A stretch of 64,000 nucleotides of DNA from Tubulanus polymorphus. Its lineage: Eukaryota; Animalia; Nemertea. Location: contig NC_134031.1 in NCBI RefSeq assembly GCF_964204645.1, forward strand, positions 15,611,807-15,675,806, given 5' to 3'. The notes below the pieces were generated by a model. It was not told where the DNA came from. It did no database searches and worked only from the letters and a program-made list of their open reading frames with translations. Shown piece after piece: positions 12,835-26,431 of this stretch (position 1 is the stretch's first letter; each line of letters begins with the position of its first letter). The position numbers and the translations under genes are program-made.

Positions 12835-12920
12835 AAAAAGTAGGCCTTTTTACTGTCTCGAAAGGCGGCCATTACTTTTGAGCTCAGCAGAGAGGGGAAA
12901 CATCACATTTTTTAGCCTTG
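12835..12920 (+). repeat. Dispersed repeat family (copies ~12835-12920, ~17890-18012, reverse ~34064-34210)
   Basis: Shared tagcttgatcatgatt...aaaaag...gctcagcaga(a/g)agg..aaac sequence. Confidence 0.6.
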
Positions 12921-13731
12921 AGGCAACCACACACGAGCCGGAAACTGCGTTGCGCACTTTGCGTACGCAGTTTTCGGCTATAGCATACGAACTTTGCGCA
13001 GCGCAAAATGCGTACGCGAAATTCTCTCGTGGGCGGGGGCCTTTACATTCCAACTGACGATGGTTGTTAAACAGGCAAAATTGTGTGTTTATTTGATAGT
13101 AGTTTATTTGAAAAAAAGAACATATCAATCCTCGGGGCTTCTCCAAGTTGATAACGTTGTCTCGCTGTGTATTAATCAGTACCATCTCTCACGAGGAATA
13201 TGCAGTAATTGCAATGATAGATGTTAATGTCTCAATTTTAGTTCTCATCGAATGCCTTCTGACCTTTATATGTACCAAATACGTAAATCATATCTACCTT
13301 CTCCTCCGTGAGCTACCAATACACCGAATATGCGCGCGGAGATGCACCGTTAATTGCTATGTACGTTTTGACTGTTGAAGTGGTCAAGTCGTACCCGGAC
13401 GTAACCACGGTCTGGGTGGACAGGTCATTAACTGATATGGCATTGCCGTAATCCTATTAGCGAATACGGTCTCCAATTGGTAGAAATAACAGCGGAACTA
13501 AATCAGCGGCTTTAGAAGGAATGTATTCAGGATAACGCGTAAAATGAAGTATGTTTTTGACTACACCAAGAAGTGAAGTTCTCAGCTGACATTTTAGAAG
13601 AGAAAGATTCAAATTAACCTTTGTCCACAACACAAAATAATAGTTTATTCTCTTTGTTTCAGTTCAAACGTGTTTCAACACAATCTTAATTACACAGTTA
13701 ATGTTCTATACTATATGATATATGAATTACT

Positions 13732-16700
13732 CTAAAGATCGCCTAATCTTCTAGTCTTCACTCGATTCCTTTCGCGAACTTGTCGAACCGGTAGTTGCTT
13801 GTTTTCTTCGGCGGCCGGGTCCTCGCACGTACAGCCCCTCGCGCACTCGGCGTCCTGGTCATTCCCGGCGCGTGTAAACGGCTGGACCGCGCCACCTTCC
13901 ACGGTCGACGCGCAACAGTCGCCGCCATCCCACTGACAATAGGCCCGGTTATTCTTTGCGTCGCACCAACTGTCCCCGATATACATCTGAAAAAGAAAGA
14001 GAGCGAAGCTTCGTGTGGACTTTTTGCTGCCGTAAAACCATTACAATAATGTTTTATACATTGATACCTAGTATTAGTTATACCTAGTTATTTAAGGGGT
14101 TCTGTGGACTACGTCATCAATAGTGGCGTTTCAATGTAACAATTAGAATTTTGGAGTTTATTCTATAATTGAATATATTTCATAACTAATACTTTATTTT
14201 TGATAAGTTTCAAATTATTCTTTTGAGGATGTGCACCACGTCATCAATAAATCGGGGCTAGACTGGTTACCAGTCAATTCAATTATCAATATTCAAATCC
14301 AAAATAGCTTTATTGATCATTCAAACTTTCAAGTTTCATTTTTCTTGTTTCATAAATGATATCGAGAATAACATCGGACAAATCTATAAACATTCATTTT
14401 ACAGATATTGACGTTCCCGAGAAATGAAAGCTTTTGTATCCCTGGCAACGTGTTTTAAATGGAAATGCTAATTATCTAGTTTAAACATGTCAAATCATTT
14501 CGTACAATTTTTGAAAAAGACTTGTAAGATAAAGACCCACTATTTACAGATTTAAAAGTTTCGAAATCAAGAATTTGTCCAATCGTCACACCTGATAATG
14601 ATCTCTTTTGAGAGTTCGAAACGCCGTGTCAATTTAAGTTTTGAACGAATAAATTTTCTATTTAAAACTTTTAAATCAGTATATCGTGGGTTTATATCTA
14701 TTATTATCTCCACTTTTGATAGTAGCCATCTTTGCGAGATAGAATACGGTACAGAATAAGTATACGTACCGCCATACATTTCTCGACGCACCCCAGAGAC
14801 GTAACCGGTGGGAACCACTCTTGCATACCGGTGCACAGAATCTGGTTTTTAGTAAGTTTTTCAGGGCCCGTAATTCTGCCGTAATTCATAACTACATCGT
14901 AGTACTGCATTCTACACGATACCACGCATAACGAACCTTTCAAAACAAAATCATACATCTCGATCAAACTGTATAAATTGGTTAAAGGTTTTTGGAAGAC
15001 ACATCACGGTTATTGGGTTACTAGGCGTTTCGTGTTGATGTGTGGATAATTGTTGGTCCTGAATAACCGTGGGAAGGTTTACAACATACTAAAATGCGAA
15101 TAATTACAACAAGGAGGCATTAGATTTAGTAAAAGATAACCATAACAAAATGAACTACAAAACATCATCGGCTATTTTGGAAGATATCTCTGTTTGAGGA
15201 AATTAGTGAACTATAGCCTATACCATTGGCATTTCAGTAAGGAAGTCCATGCCCAAGGGAAGGCGCCTGCTTGAGACTCGTCAGAGATCAATCTCGTTGA
15301 TGACGTCACGCGTATGATGTCATCAGTATGATTAGGCATACAGTTGTATGCGAAAGTTTACGAGTAAGTGCTCTAATTTCATCCAGAGTAACAAAGTGTT
15401 AAATGGATTTCATTAATTAAGATCATGACCTATTTTTCTTATGACCCCCATCAACCAACAAGTCGAAGACGGGTATCTTGCTAGTGCATAGATATATATG
15501 TTGAGTTCGGTTGGATCTCAATGATTACTCGTAGGTTGGATCGTGGTTTGTTTTTGATACTGACCAATCTTCGTATCTGTACACCTAAATCTAAGTATAT
15601 GATTCGCCGGTGGCTGCGGGCATTTCATTTCACCGAAATCGCACATGGTAAATGTGGAATTCCAGCGTCCGTTCTGGCGGCAAATGATCCACGATGAAGC
15701 CTGAATGATGGATAGAGAACGGATAAAAAAATCATATATACAATATATACTTAACCTAAGACCCATAAGACCTAATGCTAATATTGCTGTTTATGTAGTT
15801 TGCGACGGTCAAAATTGTTATAATGGTTTTGGTACAACCATCAAATGCCGTAGATATTTGGTATATCTATAGTCTTATGTTCAATTGTGGGTTTAGTATA
15901 TCAAATATTGTAAATGGATATCACTAAATCTAAGACACCTAAACCTAAGACCTCGGAAACGTAAGAGGTTCTTAGATTTTAAGTCTTAGGTATAGAAACA
16001 CCCGAAAAATTTCATATCATGAACCGAAGCTCTCGGATAAAACCTAAAGAAACAAATTAAACGTACCCGCGCGGCTCCTGGGCACCGTAAAGCACACGTG
16101 CTCCCGGGTAGCAAATCATTGGTACAGTTATACAGGCCGGAGAATACGCTATTCGGCGGGGGACACTTCACCGGAACGCAAGTTGGACCAAACCATTGTC
16201 CGTTATCATCGCAAACTAAATGAGAAACTCTTCTGAAATCGTAAAATGCATAGAATTTTCAAGTTATATACGTACGAAGTGTTTATGGCATTTTACGGTA
16301 ATTCTTTAACAATTCTGATCATCGCAACCTTCGCATAGGCATATCTTCTACGTGGTAACCTCTTTTGCATTTATATCGACACTTCGTGCCTACAGTGTGG
16401 CTCTCGCGGTCCAGACACGTTCTAGTCACCAAGTGCGCGTCGTCGTCAACTGATGGCGGAGTACAGGTCACCTGACAGAACGCGTCCGGTAACGACCACA
16501 GCCCGTCGGCATCGCACCGGATGATATTGTTGCTTCCTGAAAAGACGAATTTACAGAGTCGGAATATGAGACGGACAACTTCTCTCCGAGTCACAGAACC
16601 TTCTCATAGTTTGGCGGACATGCATTTGGGACATCAACACCCATTACCTACCCCAACCCGCAACATTCAACTGATATTACTGTTCAAAGTCATCACCTGT

Positions 16701-19700
16701 TTCTGGAGAGCACCTTTGATAATAGTTCTACTATCTATGAGGTATACAAATATTTACAACATTTGCAAGCTATAAAAATACATAATCCTATCCTTTCATA
16801 CATCATATGAGAGTTTCTTTGTGCCGTCCGTTGGGTTGACAATAATTTGGCCTCAAAGCTGCTCAACAAATTCACTAGGTAAATAAAATTTCGCATAAAT
16901 TGTAATCTCGAAATTGTATTTCCCTTACCGAACATACGCGCAGGCAGGTTACATTTGAAGGAACATTGACTGCCGTGTTCGGTACCTTCGGGACAGACAA
17001 CCGTAGCGTAGAGGATATCAGGATGCCCGCAATCTACTGGCTTGCAGAGGAGATTGGAAACGGATCCCGATCCCGAATTCACCCATTGCTGTCTCGTACA
17101 CATGACTTCATCTTCGTACGAATCCAACGAATAACTACAAAAAATAGAGCGATATTTCCTTATTCAACTTCAAACGACGAGGACGCGTTTCCGAGACGCT
17201 TTGGATCGAGCCGGCAATACCTAGAGTCTAGAGAATCTGAGATTGGGATAATCCGACAGCGCTAAATACGGAACGTATCTCAACACATCTGGACAATATT
17301 CAGGCAGCCTTTTGGCTATAATGACGAACGATCCTACATTCACTGATATCTAATGTTAATTTTTCTGAATGTTTCTAGATTTATCTAAATCCCATCATCA
17401 AGCTAACGGTAATTCATCTACAGTGAGAATACATCATCAGTCGGTCAGCGTTTTTTCAACTGTCTAAAATAATAAAGACTTTGAAAGTCTAAGCACACTG
17501 CAGATTAGTGACGTACGAGATACGTACCCGGTGTTACAGGCGACTTTACAAGTATCGCCATCTTCGTTCCCCGTGCAAGCAGTTTCTCCGTTGGCTACGT
17601 TCAATTTATTGCAGAGTGGTCTCTTGCAAGTGTAGGCGACGCAGTGTCCGGTATGAGGGTTGTACAGCTCGTTAGTAGCGCAGTTGCCGATAGTGATCGG
17701 ATCTAAGTGTTTCGATGAACGTAAGGTGACGGCGGCGATGGCAATGTGGTACGACCGGAATCTGATTATGACCCCTTTATAAATGCAGTAGAAAAAACAC
17801 CTTATCGAGATGACGTATATTCATTAGGCTAGAATAAGGTGATACATTGTCACTCCTAACCGACTGGGTCATGTTTTGCAAACTGCAATGAAATTTGTAA
17901 CCAGTTCATTTCTATCTGCCCCGGTCTACTATGGCTAGCTTGATCATGATTCTTTAAAAAGTTCAACTTTTAAGCTCAGCAGAAAGGAGAAACGAGATAT
18001 CAATTTTTGGCCAAATGCATTCATCGTTTTAAAAGTTTTGATAATGGATTTAAAACCCAAATTTGAACGATGAAAAATTGAATTAGTTTGTCAAATGAAA
18101 TGGAAATTCAAAAGAAACGATAATGCGGACTCTCTTTAAATACCATCTTCAGGAGTCTTATGAGGTGTCTTTTAATGAATAGATTTAGTTTTTTATCTTT
18201 CAAATGTGTATATAGTTGGTTAGTCTGCTATAGTCTTCACGTCTGAGTGTGGCTATCGGCGGTTTATTTAGATACCTTTCGTCCTGAAGAATGGTTTGCT
18301 CAAATCATGCATCACATCGACAGTTACGGGATTGTCTTTGCATTTCAGTTTCACATCTTTATTGCCTATCGGGTAATTGTTACCGTGTTCGTCAGTCAGT
18401 TCCACCGAGAGGGCTTTCGTTTCCATGCTATACTTCGTTATTCCATCGGAGGCCAGGTGAACCACTACGGCTACCGCGATAACAGGCGTCGAAAACTGAA
18501 CCTAAAGTAAATAATCCAAATAAGTTTTTCTAAAATAGATTTTCGAAACAAACCTCGGTTATTCAGCAAGGTGTGTACACTAGAATCGTAGAGCGACGGA
18601 GATCACTGTGGAAACAACCACTTCCAGTAATGATTTCGCAGGGGCTTGTCACAATAGCTGAGGGCTTAAAATAAAAAAATCGACCCAGGATCCTATGTAC
18701 CACCTATAAAAATTTCTTTATCGGTGGTACCTGGGTCGAATCTTTGATTTTAGACATCCAGCTATCGCGACAAGCCCTCGTGGACTGGATGAAGAACCTA
18801 CCTTGATCCAGAAATTGTCATCTTCGGTATAATGGCCGCATGGATACCACGATAATTGCGTGTCTATTTTTGCCTGACAGGTCTACAAAATGATATTTGA
18901 AAAATAGATCCCACGCTCAGAAAGAAAATCTAGTCCGTAAAGATTTCCTTTAAAGTTAAACATAGATTTCCGACGTTTCGACTATATCGCAATAGTCATT
19001 TCCAGTCAGGAATACTGAAGATGACTCCATTACAGATAGTGATATAGGTATCAATGCGAAAGCCAATGTAACGTTAAGCAAAAACTTTTGTCTCCTTTCG
19101 CTTCAAAATTCATCGCTATTAATCACACAAGTCGGTTTGACGATATACTTACCATAGTTTTCGGCGGTGGACCTATGACAACACTTTCAGGACAATCGTG
19201 TCGTTGGAACTCGGGGTTCGCGACGGCAGATATAGCCCACTGATCGACGAATCCGTCCGGTGTATAAAACCCGCAGTCGTGGATACTCGATCGTTTCTCG
19301 AACTCTTCGCATTCACCGTCGCCGTTATGTAGGTAACAAAGACTAGGTTGCCCTGAAAAATAGGGTTCAACTATGATATGATGATAATGATGTATTTTCA
19401 TACGAAATTTCTACAGAATTCATGAATAAATTACAAAAACATTAAAAATATAATGATATTATATGAAGGACTGCGCAGCACTAATAACGTAAATGAATTA
19501 TTTTCAAATTATTTCTTAAATGTTCAAACATGAAACGTTCGCGCGTGTCTGACAGTCGTTTTAAGTTGAATTACGCGCACCAAGTGCGAGAACGTTCAAA
19601 GATCCATATCATAAAATAAAACATCTACATAATAACTTGAACTATAGAATTATGCGGTATCATGATGCTATATGTGTAGTCATGTAGTTATTTAAGTGCT

Positions 19701-22700
19701 ACTTGCAACAACCGAACTTGTAGTCGAAATGAAGTCTACATAGTAATATGAGTGGGATTCGAGCTGAACAGGTTAGCAGCTCATTGTATGCAGTGCAATT
19801 CATATAACCAGTGAATATACGCATTACTATTCAGCTGCGATGGCCGAGTGGTTAAGGCGTTAGACTTGAAATCTAATGGGATCTTCCCGCGTAGGTTCGA
19901 ACCCTACTCGCAGCGAAATTTTTTCCTGCTATTTTTACCTTTACAATTGAAGAATCTTTCTATTTTACATTTCATAGTACAGCCGTCACCGTCTACAGTA
20001 TTTCCATCATCGCATTCTTCTCCGTTTTCTCTGGAATTGTTTGCAATTACATTTATTACATTATAATCAATCAACTGCTTAAAATCTGCTATAAATGAAC
20101 TTAATGTAATAAATGATCATAAGATAAAAACCCGTTATATATAGATTAAAAGTTTTCAAAAACCGAGATTTTATTCAATCAGGTTTCTAAAACTTTTAAT
20201 CTGTGTATAGTGGATTTTTCTCTCATTATCCGTTGGAGTGTGGTTATTCTAATAATAATGAACGTACTTTTCCATTTTTCCGTTGCCGCAGTAAGGTTGT
20301 CCGTGTTTATATGTGAGTATTGGTGACGGACCACTCGACTTCTTACCCATGATCGCGATCACTTGATATTCGTAAGATTTTCCAACTTCGACATTCCTTG
20401 ATGTAAATTGAAAATTGAAATGGATCGCAAAAGATGTCAAAAATAATACGTCAAACGGGTACTAAGCCTACAATTGATTTTTTCCCGACTCACTAACAAA
20501 AAAGTCAGTAAACCGCAAATAGTATTCTGCTGAAGAGGGTTTAGAGGTAACTGATAGATAGATTCAAGTGACTGTTTATGCCGATCTCACCTGTCCAGAT
20601 ACACCGGGATATTCGTCAATGGATTACTGTGCGTGAACTGCGGGTTTCTGGTTATCTGGTATTTTACTGGTTTACACTGTCGGCACTCGGAATTATCAAG
20701 TCTCGAGACGAGCTGAATGGCGTCTATTGCCACAAGAGAATTTGCCAAAACAACCCTCACCTATTCGATTACAACCAAATATATCAAATTATTCCGCGTA
20801 AATTGAATTCGTTCTGGAAGTGACAATAAGCTCGCTTGCCACGGCATCGTTTTGATGTCGTTCTAATAACGACAGTAGCGGCTCTCGACTATCGCACGTG
20901 CTGCATGCCGTCGGGATTCACCATTTCGCCTTTTCAAGTGCCCTCAAGATATCTTCACGAAATAGCGCGCGCTTATGTGCACAACAGGTTGAAAAAGTTA
21001 ATTAAGTAAATAAATATTCATTCAATGTGATCAATCTTTACTTGAAATTTCCCTTTTTGATATTTTACGTTTCTTAAGTGCCCGAAAAATGCATTAGAAT
21101 AACATGGAATTTCAACATGTTTAAAAATGTTCCAACTTCCAAACTTCGTCTCTGGCAGGGCATGGATATTGGCCCTTTTTTAAAGTTAACGCCCTTTTCA
21201 TTTCTTTGCCCTGTATGTCATTTTAGTGGCCCTGGATCCGCCTCTGAACGGGTGAGTTATCCACGCGTGAACGCGCTCTCTAATTAGGCGCGGACCAGTT
21301 TGACTTGGGTCTGGTCCGGACTGGCTTGACCTGGGCCAAGTCGTCACGCAGTGCGACCGTGGGTTTAAATTCACCTTCTGAACGGACTGGTTTACATCCA
21401 AGCGTGTAGTGTATTCGACATCGCAGTAAGCTTCGATCGGTCCCAGGTGGTGTTTCGAGCCATCAGCCAAGTACAAAACAACATCCTTAACACCGTTCTT
21501 CGCACCCAACGTCAGTCACAATTTCAAACTAACGAAATATATTTCAGAATTTAACGTGAAAATTGGAAGTCAGTTTCCGAACAAAAAGGTTGAAAGGAAT
21601 CTAATCGAATCATTTTGTCACATACCGATGTGGAATAACTTTGTATTCGAAGAAAAGGTCTATGTAACAGTCGTCGAGGCATTCCATACTGGCCGGGGCC
21701 CAGGTGTTAGCACTCAATCCACATTCTTCAGCGTCAGGCCCTCCTGAAAATATCGGTATAAGATGGCCATGAGCCGCGGTCTCACAGTGAGGGGATCACA
21801 TTGACTCGGCTAATCTGGAGGCCAAACGTCTGCGTCGTCACCGTCCTTCTTACCCGTGGCCTGAACTGGAGAATAATCGTGATGGCCGCGGAAATAGTTC
21901 GGCGAAACAGCGCGACTGGCGAACTGGACCAGCGAACCATCCATCTGACAACTATTACATACTTCATTATCCCCGACGATTTTGGTACCGAGTGGAGGAA
22001 CCCAGGATAACGTGGCTGTGCTTGACGTGGTGGTAATTATCTGAAATTATACGAGAATTTACGTTTTTTTTCGGTTCGGACGGAATAAATTATAAAAACT
22101 GCTTTTAAAATACTTGGGCCAGTTGCCCAAAAGTTGGTTTAAGATAACCGATGGATAAATACCATAGTAACAATGAACTTTTGATTGTCATATGTCAATA
22201 ACAGCTTTTGAGCAACTGGCCCCTGTATTTTACCTTAGGTGCCAAAGGAGGTGGCGATGGCGCCTTAACGCGCTGCCAAGGCTGATATACAAGGTCAAGG
22301 TAGCAATGCATTCGCGCCATCTGTTGGTGAGTGAACGAGTCCATACAAGCATCGTCTGAAACATTAGGGATAATTCAAAAAAACGCCAGCGATGAGATTT
22401 GGAAATATCGTATTGAAAACGAAATTCATACCTGCATAACCCATGTAGTTTCGGAATAATGTATTGGTGAAAACCTTGAAACCGCATTGTCCACCGGATA
22501 AAGTATCTGGATCGGAACATTTCATATTTTTGGGGGTGGGCGGTGTGTCGGCGACGAGGTCACCGAGTTCGAGAGACGGTTCAATCTCGAGACATTCGTC
22601 GCTACATTCCATCTCGGTTACACCCCGAAACACGTGCCACAGCCCGAGAGTATGTCCGAGCTCGTGGATTAGATTGTCCGTCTTACCCAGCTTACCGAAC

Positions 22701-25700
22701 TTATCCGGATTAACCGTGGCTCCCCCTGGAGATGAAAGAAATTAAGATATTTAGAAACGGGATACAATTTTCCGCGTAGGTTTTTATTTTCGTTTAATCG
22801 TGACTCGAACCGTGGATGCCGTAGACGTTCTTATCCCAAGGGAACGTCGCCACGCCTAATATTCCTGTCGTGATCCAGTTCGCAAAGTATACATTCAAAT
22901 TTGATGACGCAGACAAATTCAGGAAAGACTTGTACTCGGCGATACTGAGATACGCCCTGAAATTTGAAGACTGTTTAACGATTCGTTTTGATTGTGATAT
23001 CATTCATTTCTATTAATCATGAGCAAAAAGGTTTGCGGCCAAAGGCATTCTCCCTCGGTAGGGATTCGAATCTGATGGTATTGCTAGACTCAGCTACGGT
23101 ACGAAACCCTGCTACACTAGATCAGGTGCGCAGGTACATGCGCAGGTTTGCCGCGAGAAAACTTGAGGCGCCAATCAGATTGCTCGTTGCATAATCGCTG
23201 AGACATATTTCACGGATAAACTATAATGGAAAAACCAGAGCTAAAATAAAACAGGATTTCTGATTGGTTAATGATGACATCACCTAAGCTGTGCATGAAG
23301 CACTCGGTTTATTGTGGCAGGATTTCGTACCGTGGCGTGTCTCGATGCTATCAGGTTCGAATCCTGGCCGAGGAGGATGGCTCACCGGTGAATAGACGTC
23401 GGATCGAAACATGTTTTCGATGTGTCTACGGAATTTGGGTCACAGCAATCACCCCCGTCCCACGAATGGTACTGTTTGTTACATTCAAAATCGCATCGTC
23501 CGTTCCCGATCCTATCGCCGTCACACGGCACCGTCATCAGATCGCAATCTCCACCATCGTTCCCGGTTTTGGGGTGATTACATTTCAGGTTACATCTACC
23601 GTTTCCTACTTCGTAGGGATTACATTCGTCGAGGATCGTTCGACTTCGAAGGGACGAATTGAATATTTTATGTTCGGCCATAGTCCAGGATATGTTATAC
23701 GGCATGAAAGCCTGATTCAGCGCTTTCTGTTGGATGTCCATCTGCAGTGACGTCACCGTCGGGTTCGTACCGTCGTCGTTGTAAACGTTCACCAGACGAT
23801 AGTTGATCATCTTCGGTCGGCGAAGACCCGAATTGGCGCTGTAACTTCTAATCACGTCGGGGTCGTCGCACACCGTACGTCCGCAAGGTGGCACCACCAG
23901 CGAAGGGTAGTTAGCCTTCTCCGGTATATCGGACGGGACCGAAGCGGGTCCGCTTTCGGTGTGGTTCACCCAGTTGTGCAGACCGTCGAAATTCTCCAAG
24001 ACAACCAACCCGTGTCTTTTCGCGAACGCGTGCTGCAGGGATGAAACGATGTCCTTGTGCTTCAGCGGGTAGTCCCAAAGCCGCACCTCGTCGACAGTAC
24101 CCCGGAAGAAGCTCTGACCGTTGTAGTCCCCCCCGAGCAACAATTGCTTGCATCTTTGCAACGAAGCGCTGAACAGATCCCCACGTTGCGTGTGGCCGAC
24201 TGCCACCTTCGCTCCGTCTATGTGGAGTTTCATTTGGCGGCCGTCGTAGATGACCGCTAGGTGGAACCACCGAGCCGGTATATAAGCCCTTAACGCCCAT
24301 ATCGTTTCTTCGATCGGTGAGCGGTCGGTGCGGAGCGAGAAATAGAGTCTGGCTCCGCGATTGCCTTCGCTGGGGTGGATACCAACACTCCACGTGCGTT
24401 TTCTATTCGAAGCCGTTGTACATACGTCATAAACGCCTGCAAGAAAAATATAGAAATTACGAAGAAATTTGTATTTGAATGATTTCACTCAATATACAAT
24501 TCAAAGTTCATTGAAAATGAACTGATTTCGACAACGCAAGGATTAGGATTATGATTAGGATTATATTTACACTCCAACTATGTTTAAGGTACATGGAGGG
24601 AGAATGTAAAATATACAATATTTTTAATCAACAGAAAATATGAACTCGTCTTTATGATACATAACAAAAAACGAGTGTTCGTCGCACCATCTGTTGGTAT
24701 AGCTGGATGAATAATTCCACTTTATACTATACAGCTTTAAGGCAAAGTTAAAGATTGTTTTCATACGTGGGTACGAAGGCGACAAAACATTTCGTCGAAA
24801 GTTTCCGGTTCTTGGAAACGACCGCACGCTTGTTATAAATCGACGAATCAAGTCAATCCACGCCCAAACATCTGAATTCCATTTGCGGATAATAAATCTT
24901 GCGTTGATGGTAATTTTTTCTTCTTATAAATCGGTTTTGACGCCTTGACTATTGGCTATGATCGGTAATTGAATGTGTTGGTTACTTTCTACTCATTTTG
25001 ACCTATTAGCACAAGTTTTTTTTCACTATCGTGAATATCATCGTCACGCCTGTTATTATTACATCATCGAGGCCCTGATCTACGAATTTAGAGAATACTT
25101 TGTCGTAGATCTTATTCCAAAAACCATTCCATTTTTTATTTCCAACGCGTCGCGATAATAGTGACGCATTCAGATGTAAAACGGGGGAAACAAGAAGCGA
25201 GACGCTCGGGACATCTGTGCGTGTCGCATTTCTGCTCGATGTCGGCGAGACGGGCCTCCATAAACCAGCCCCCATTGAATAAACCGACTTAATTTTTCCG
25301 CCCACTAACATCATCTCGCATTTTTATACACCCTCAGCGCTACGAAGATTGCCTTCGTGATAAAACAAAAAAATCTGCTCGCCACGTTCTCTTGGACTTG
25401 TATTTCATTCGTCCTTGTACAACGGTATATCATACACTTAGATCATATCCTATACCTTCCCGAGATCGTCTTCAACGACGCCGTGTTGATTTCGGTTCGT
25501 TTCGGTATGTTGAACCTTGACGTGCCTTTGTAAATATTATCAATTTTTTTCTTTGCCAATGTTTCATAGAACATGATAATCGTTGATATTCAACGCTCTG
25601 TAAAGAACCCCGCGTAAAGGTACAAAATCTTTAAAAATTCGTACAAACACAACATGATATCGGCGCGACTGGAGTGACGGACTCACGCTGCGCGCATTCA

Positions 25701-26431
25701 TTTTCAATGTTTGCAAAAACGTCAGTTGAAAATTCTCTTGCGGTTTTCGACAATGGAAGAAAAACGTATCCAATACGACTGAATGTGAAAAGAAATTCTC
25801 TCGGGCGAGGGCATTTTGCCAGGGGAAAACAATTAAGAAGTCGACGCTCAATTATAAAGTTATATCAGGAAAATGTCACCGACACGATAGTTGTGTGAAG
25901 GTTGTCAGAGTTCTTTTCTATGAACGAAATCGCAATTATAGTCGGAATGACTTGTCATAGAGACCTTAATCCACATGACGGGAAATAGAAATTAAAAAAA
26001 AAAGAAATAAGATATTGGTTTTACTTACCGATGATAGTAGCCCCGTCTACCTGTCCTCCCTCGGCGTTTACCCACGCTTCAAAGGTAAAACTATGTCTCG
26101 GAATAGCCCGTACTTTGTTGGGCCCTTCGGGGAGGCGAAGCAGCAACGTTTGGTGACCTCGAAAATACACGGCCTTACCGAAGTCCAGACGATCGCCGAC
26201 GGGCAGCGAGAAAGCGTGCCTCGGGTTGCGCAGCGTTTCGGTACTGGAGCGGCGTGTGTCCCGCCGTGAACGGTGATTTGTACTGCCATCGGTACAGGCC
26301 GGACTCGTAGCCGCCACGCCCGCTTCCAGTGCGGTCCTGCGGTCGAAAACGCCGTCGAATGCGGCAGCCGAACACCGACAGACGACTACTAGAATAACAG
26401 TCGTTATCTTCAACACGTCGTGTATTCCCAT
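13732..26431 (-). CDS. PAPPA: Pappalysin (PAPP-A-like metzincin, M43B). 21 exons: 26431-26029, 24436-23386, 22956-22811, 22725-22432, 22355-22234, 22040-21854, 21743-21626, 21528-21375, 20760-20591, 20396-20268, 20030-19939, 19352-19153, 18882-18802, 18501-18276, 17774-17528, 17134-16929, 16536-16329, 16232-16067, 15700-15565, 14936-14770, 13986-13732. One in-frame TGA at 21516-21518
   Basis: Signal peptide and furin-like RSRR/RDTRR; LamG-like domain (WFHLAVIYDG, FRGTVDEVRLW); LNR repeats (GNDGGDC, WDGGDCC); zinc motif HELGHTLGLWH; Met-turn NYMGY; CCP/sushi repeats; C-terminal LNR (NNRAYCQWDGGDCC). Confidence 0.95.
18641..18778. mobile_element. Palindromic MITE in pappalysin intron
   Basis: GGGGCTTGTCACAATAGCTG ... 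CAGCTATCGCGACAAGCCC termini with internal inverted segments (TCGACCCAGG/CCTGGGTCGA). Confidence 0.6.
18968..19030. mobile_element. Degenerate copy of the hammerhead fold-back family
   Basis: Minus strand GACTATTGCGATATAGTC-GAAAC-GTC; plus strand CTGAAGATGACT; homologous to 6265-6330. Confidence 0.6.
19834..19915 (+). tRNA. trnS-UGA: tRNA-Ser, anticodon TGA
   Basis: Acceptor stem GCTGCGA/TCGCAGC + G; A box TGGCCGAGTGG; anticodon arm TTAGA-CT TGA AA-TCTAA; long variable arm GGGA..TCCC; T arm GTAGG-TTCGAAC-CCTAC; T-run terminator at ~19919-19924. Confidence 0.97.
20120..20250. repeat. Fold-back repeat (second family; relative at ~35200-35390)
   Basis: Arms tatagattaaaagtttt..aaacc / ggtttctaaaacttttaatctgtgtata; tail gagtgtggttattct shared with 35372-35387. 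Confidence 0.55.
22116..22222. mobile_element. PIF/Harbinger-like MITE
   Basis: TIRs GGGCCAGTTGC / GCAACTGGCCC, as at 4877-5011. Confidence 0.65.
23046..23379. mobile_element. MITE with tRNA-like terminal inverted repeats (copy 1)
   Basis: Termini CATTCTCCC..GGATTCGAA / GGTTCGAATCC..GGAGGATG; homologous, in opposite orientation, to 41982-42311. Confidence 0.8.

Noticed and set aside
17135-17220. Pappalysin acceptor at 17220
   Set aside because: It leads to an in-frame TAA; the acceptor at 17134 has a better pyrimidine tract and keeps the frame.
19834-21518. tRNA-Ser(TGA) as a suppressor of the pappalysin TGA
   Set aside because: Anticodon UGA decodes UCA codons; a UGA suppressor needs anticodon UCA.
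21516-21518. Selenocysteine at the pappalysin TGA
   Set aside because: The aligned residue is Trp rather than Cys, and I could not identify a SECIS element by eye.
23271-24393. Overlapping ORFs of 159-160 aa
   Set aside because: Antisense or alternate-frame shadows of GC-rich pappalysin exon 2.
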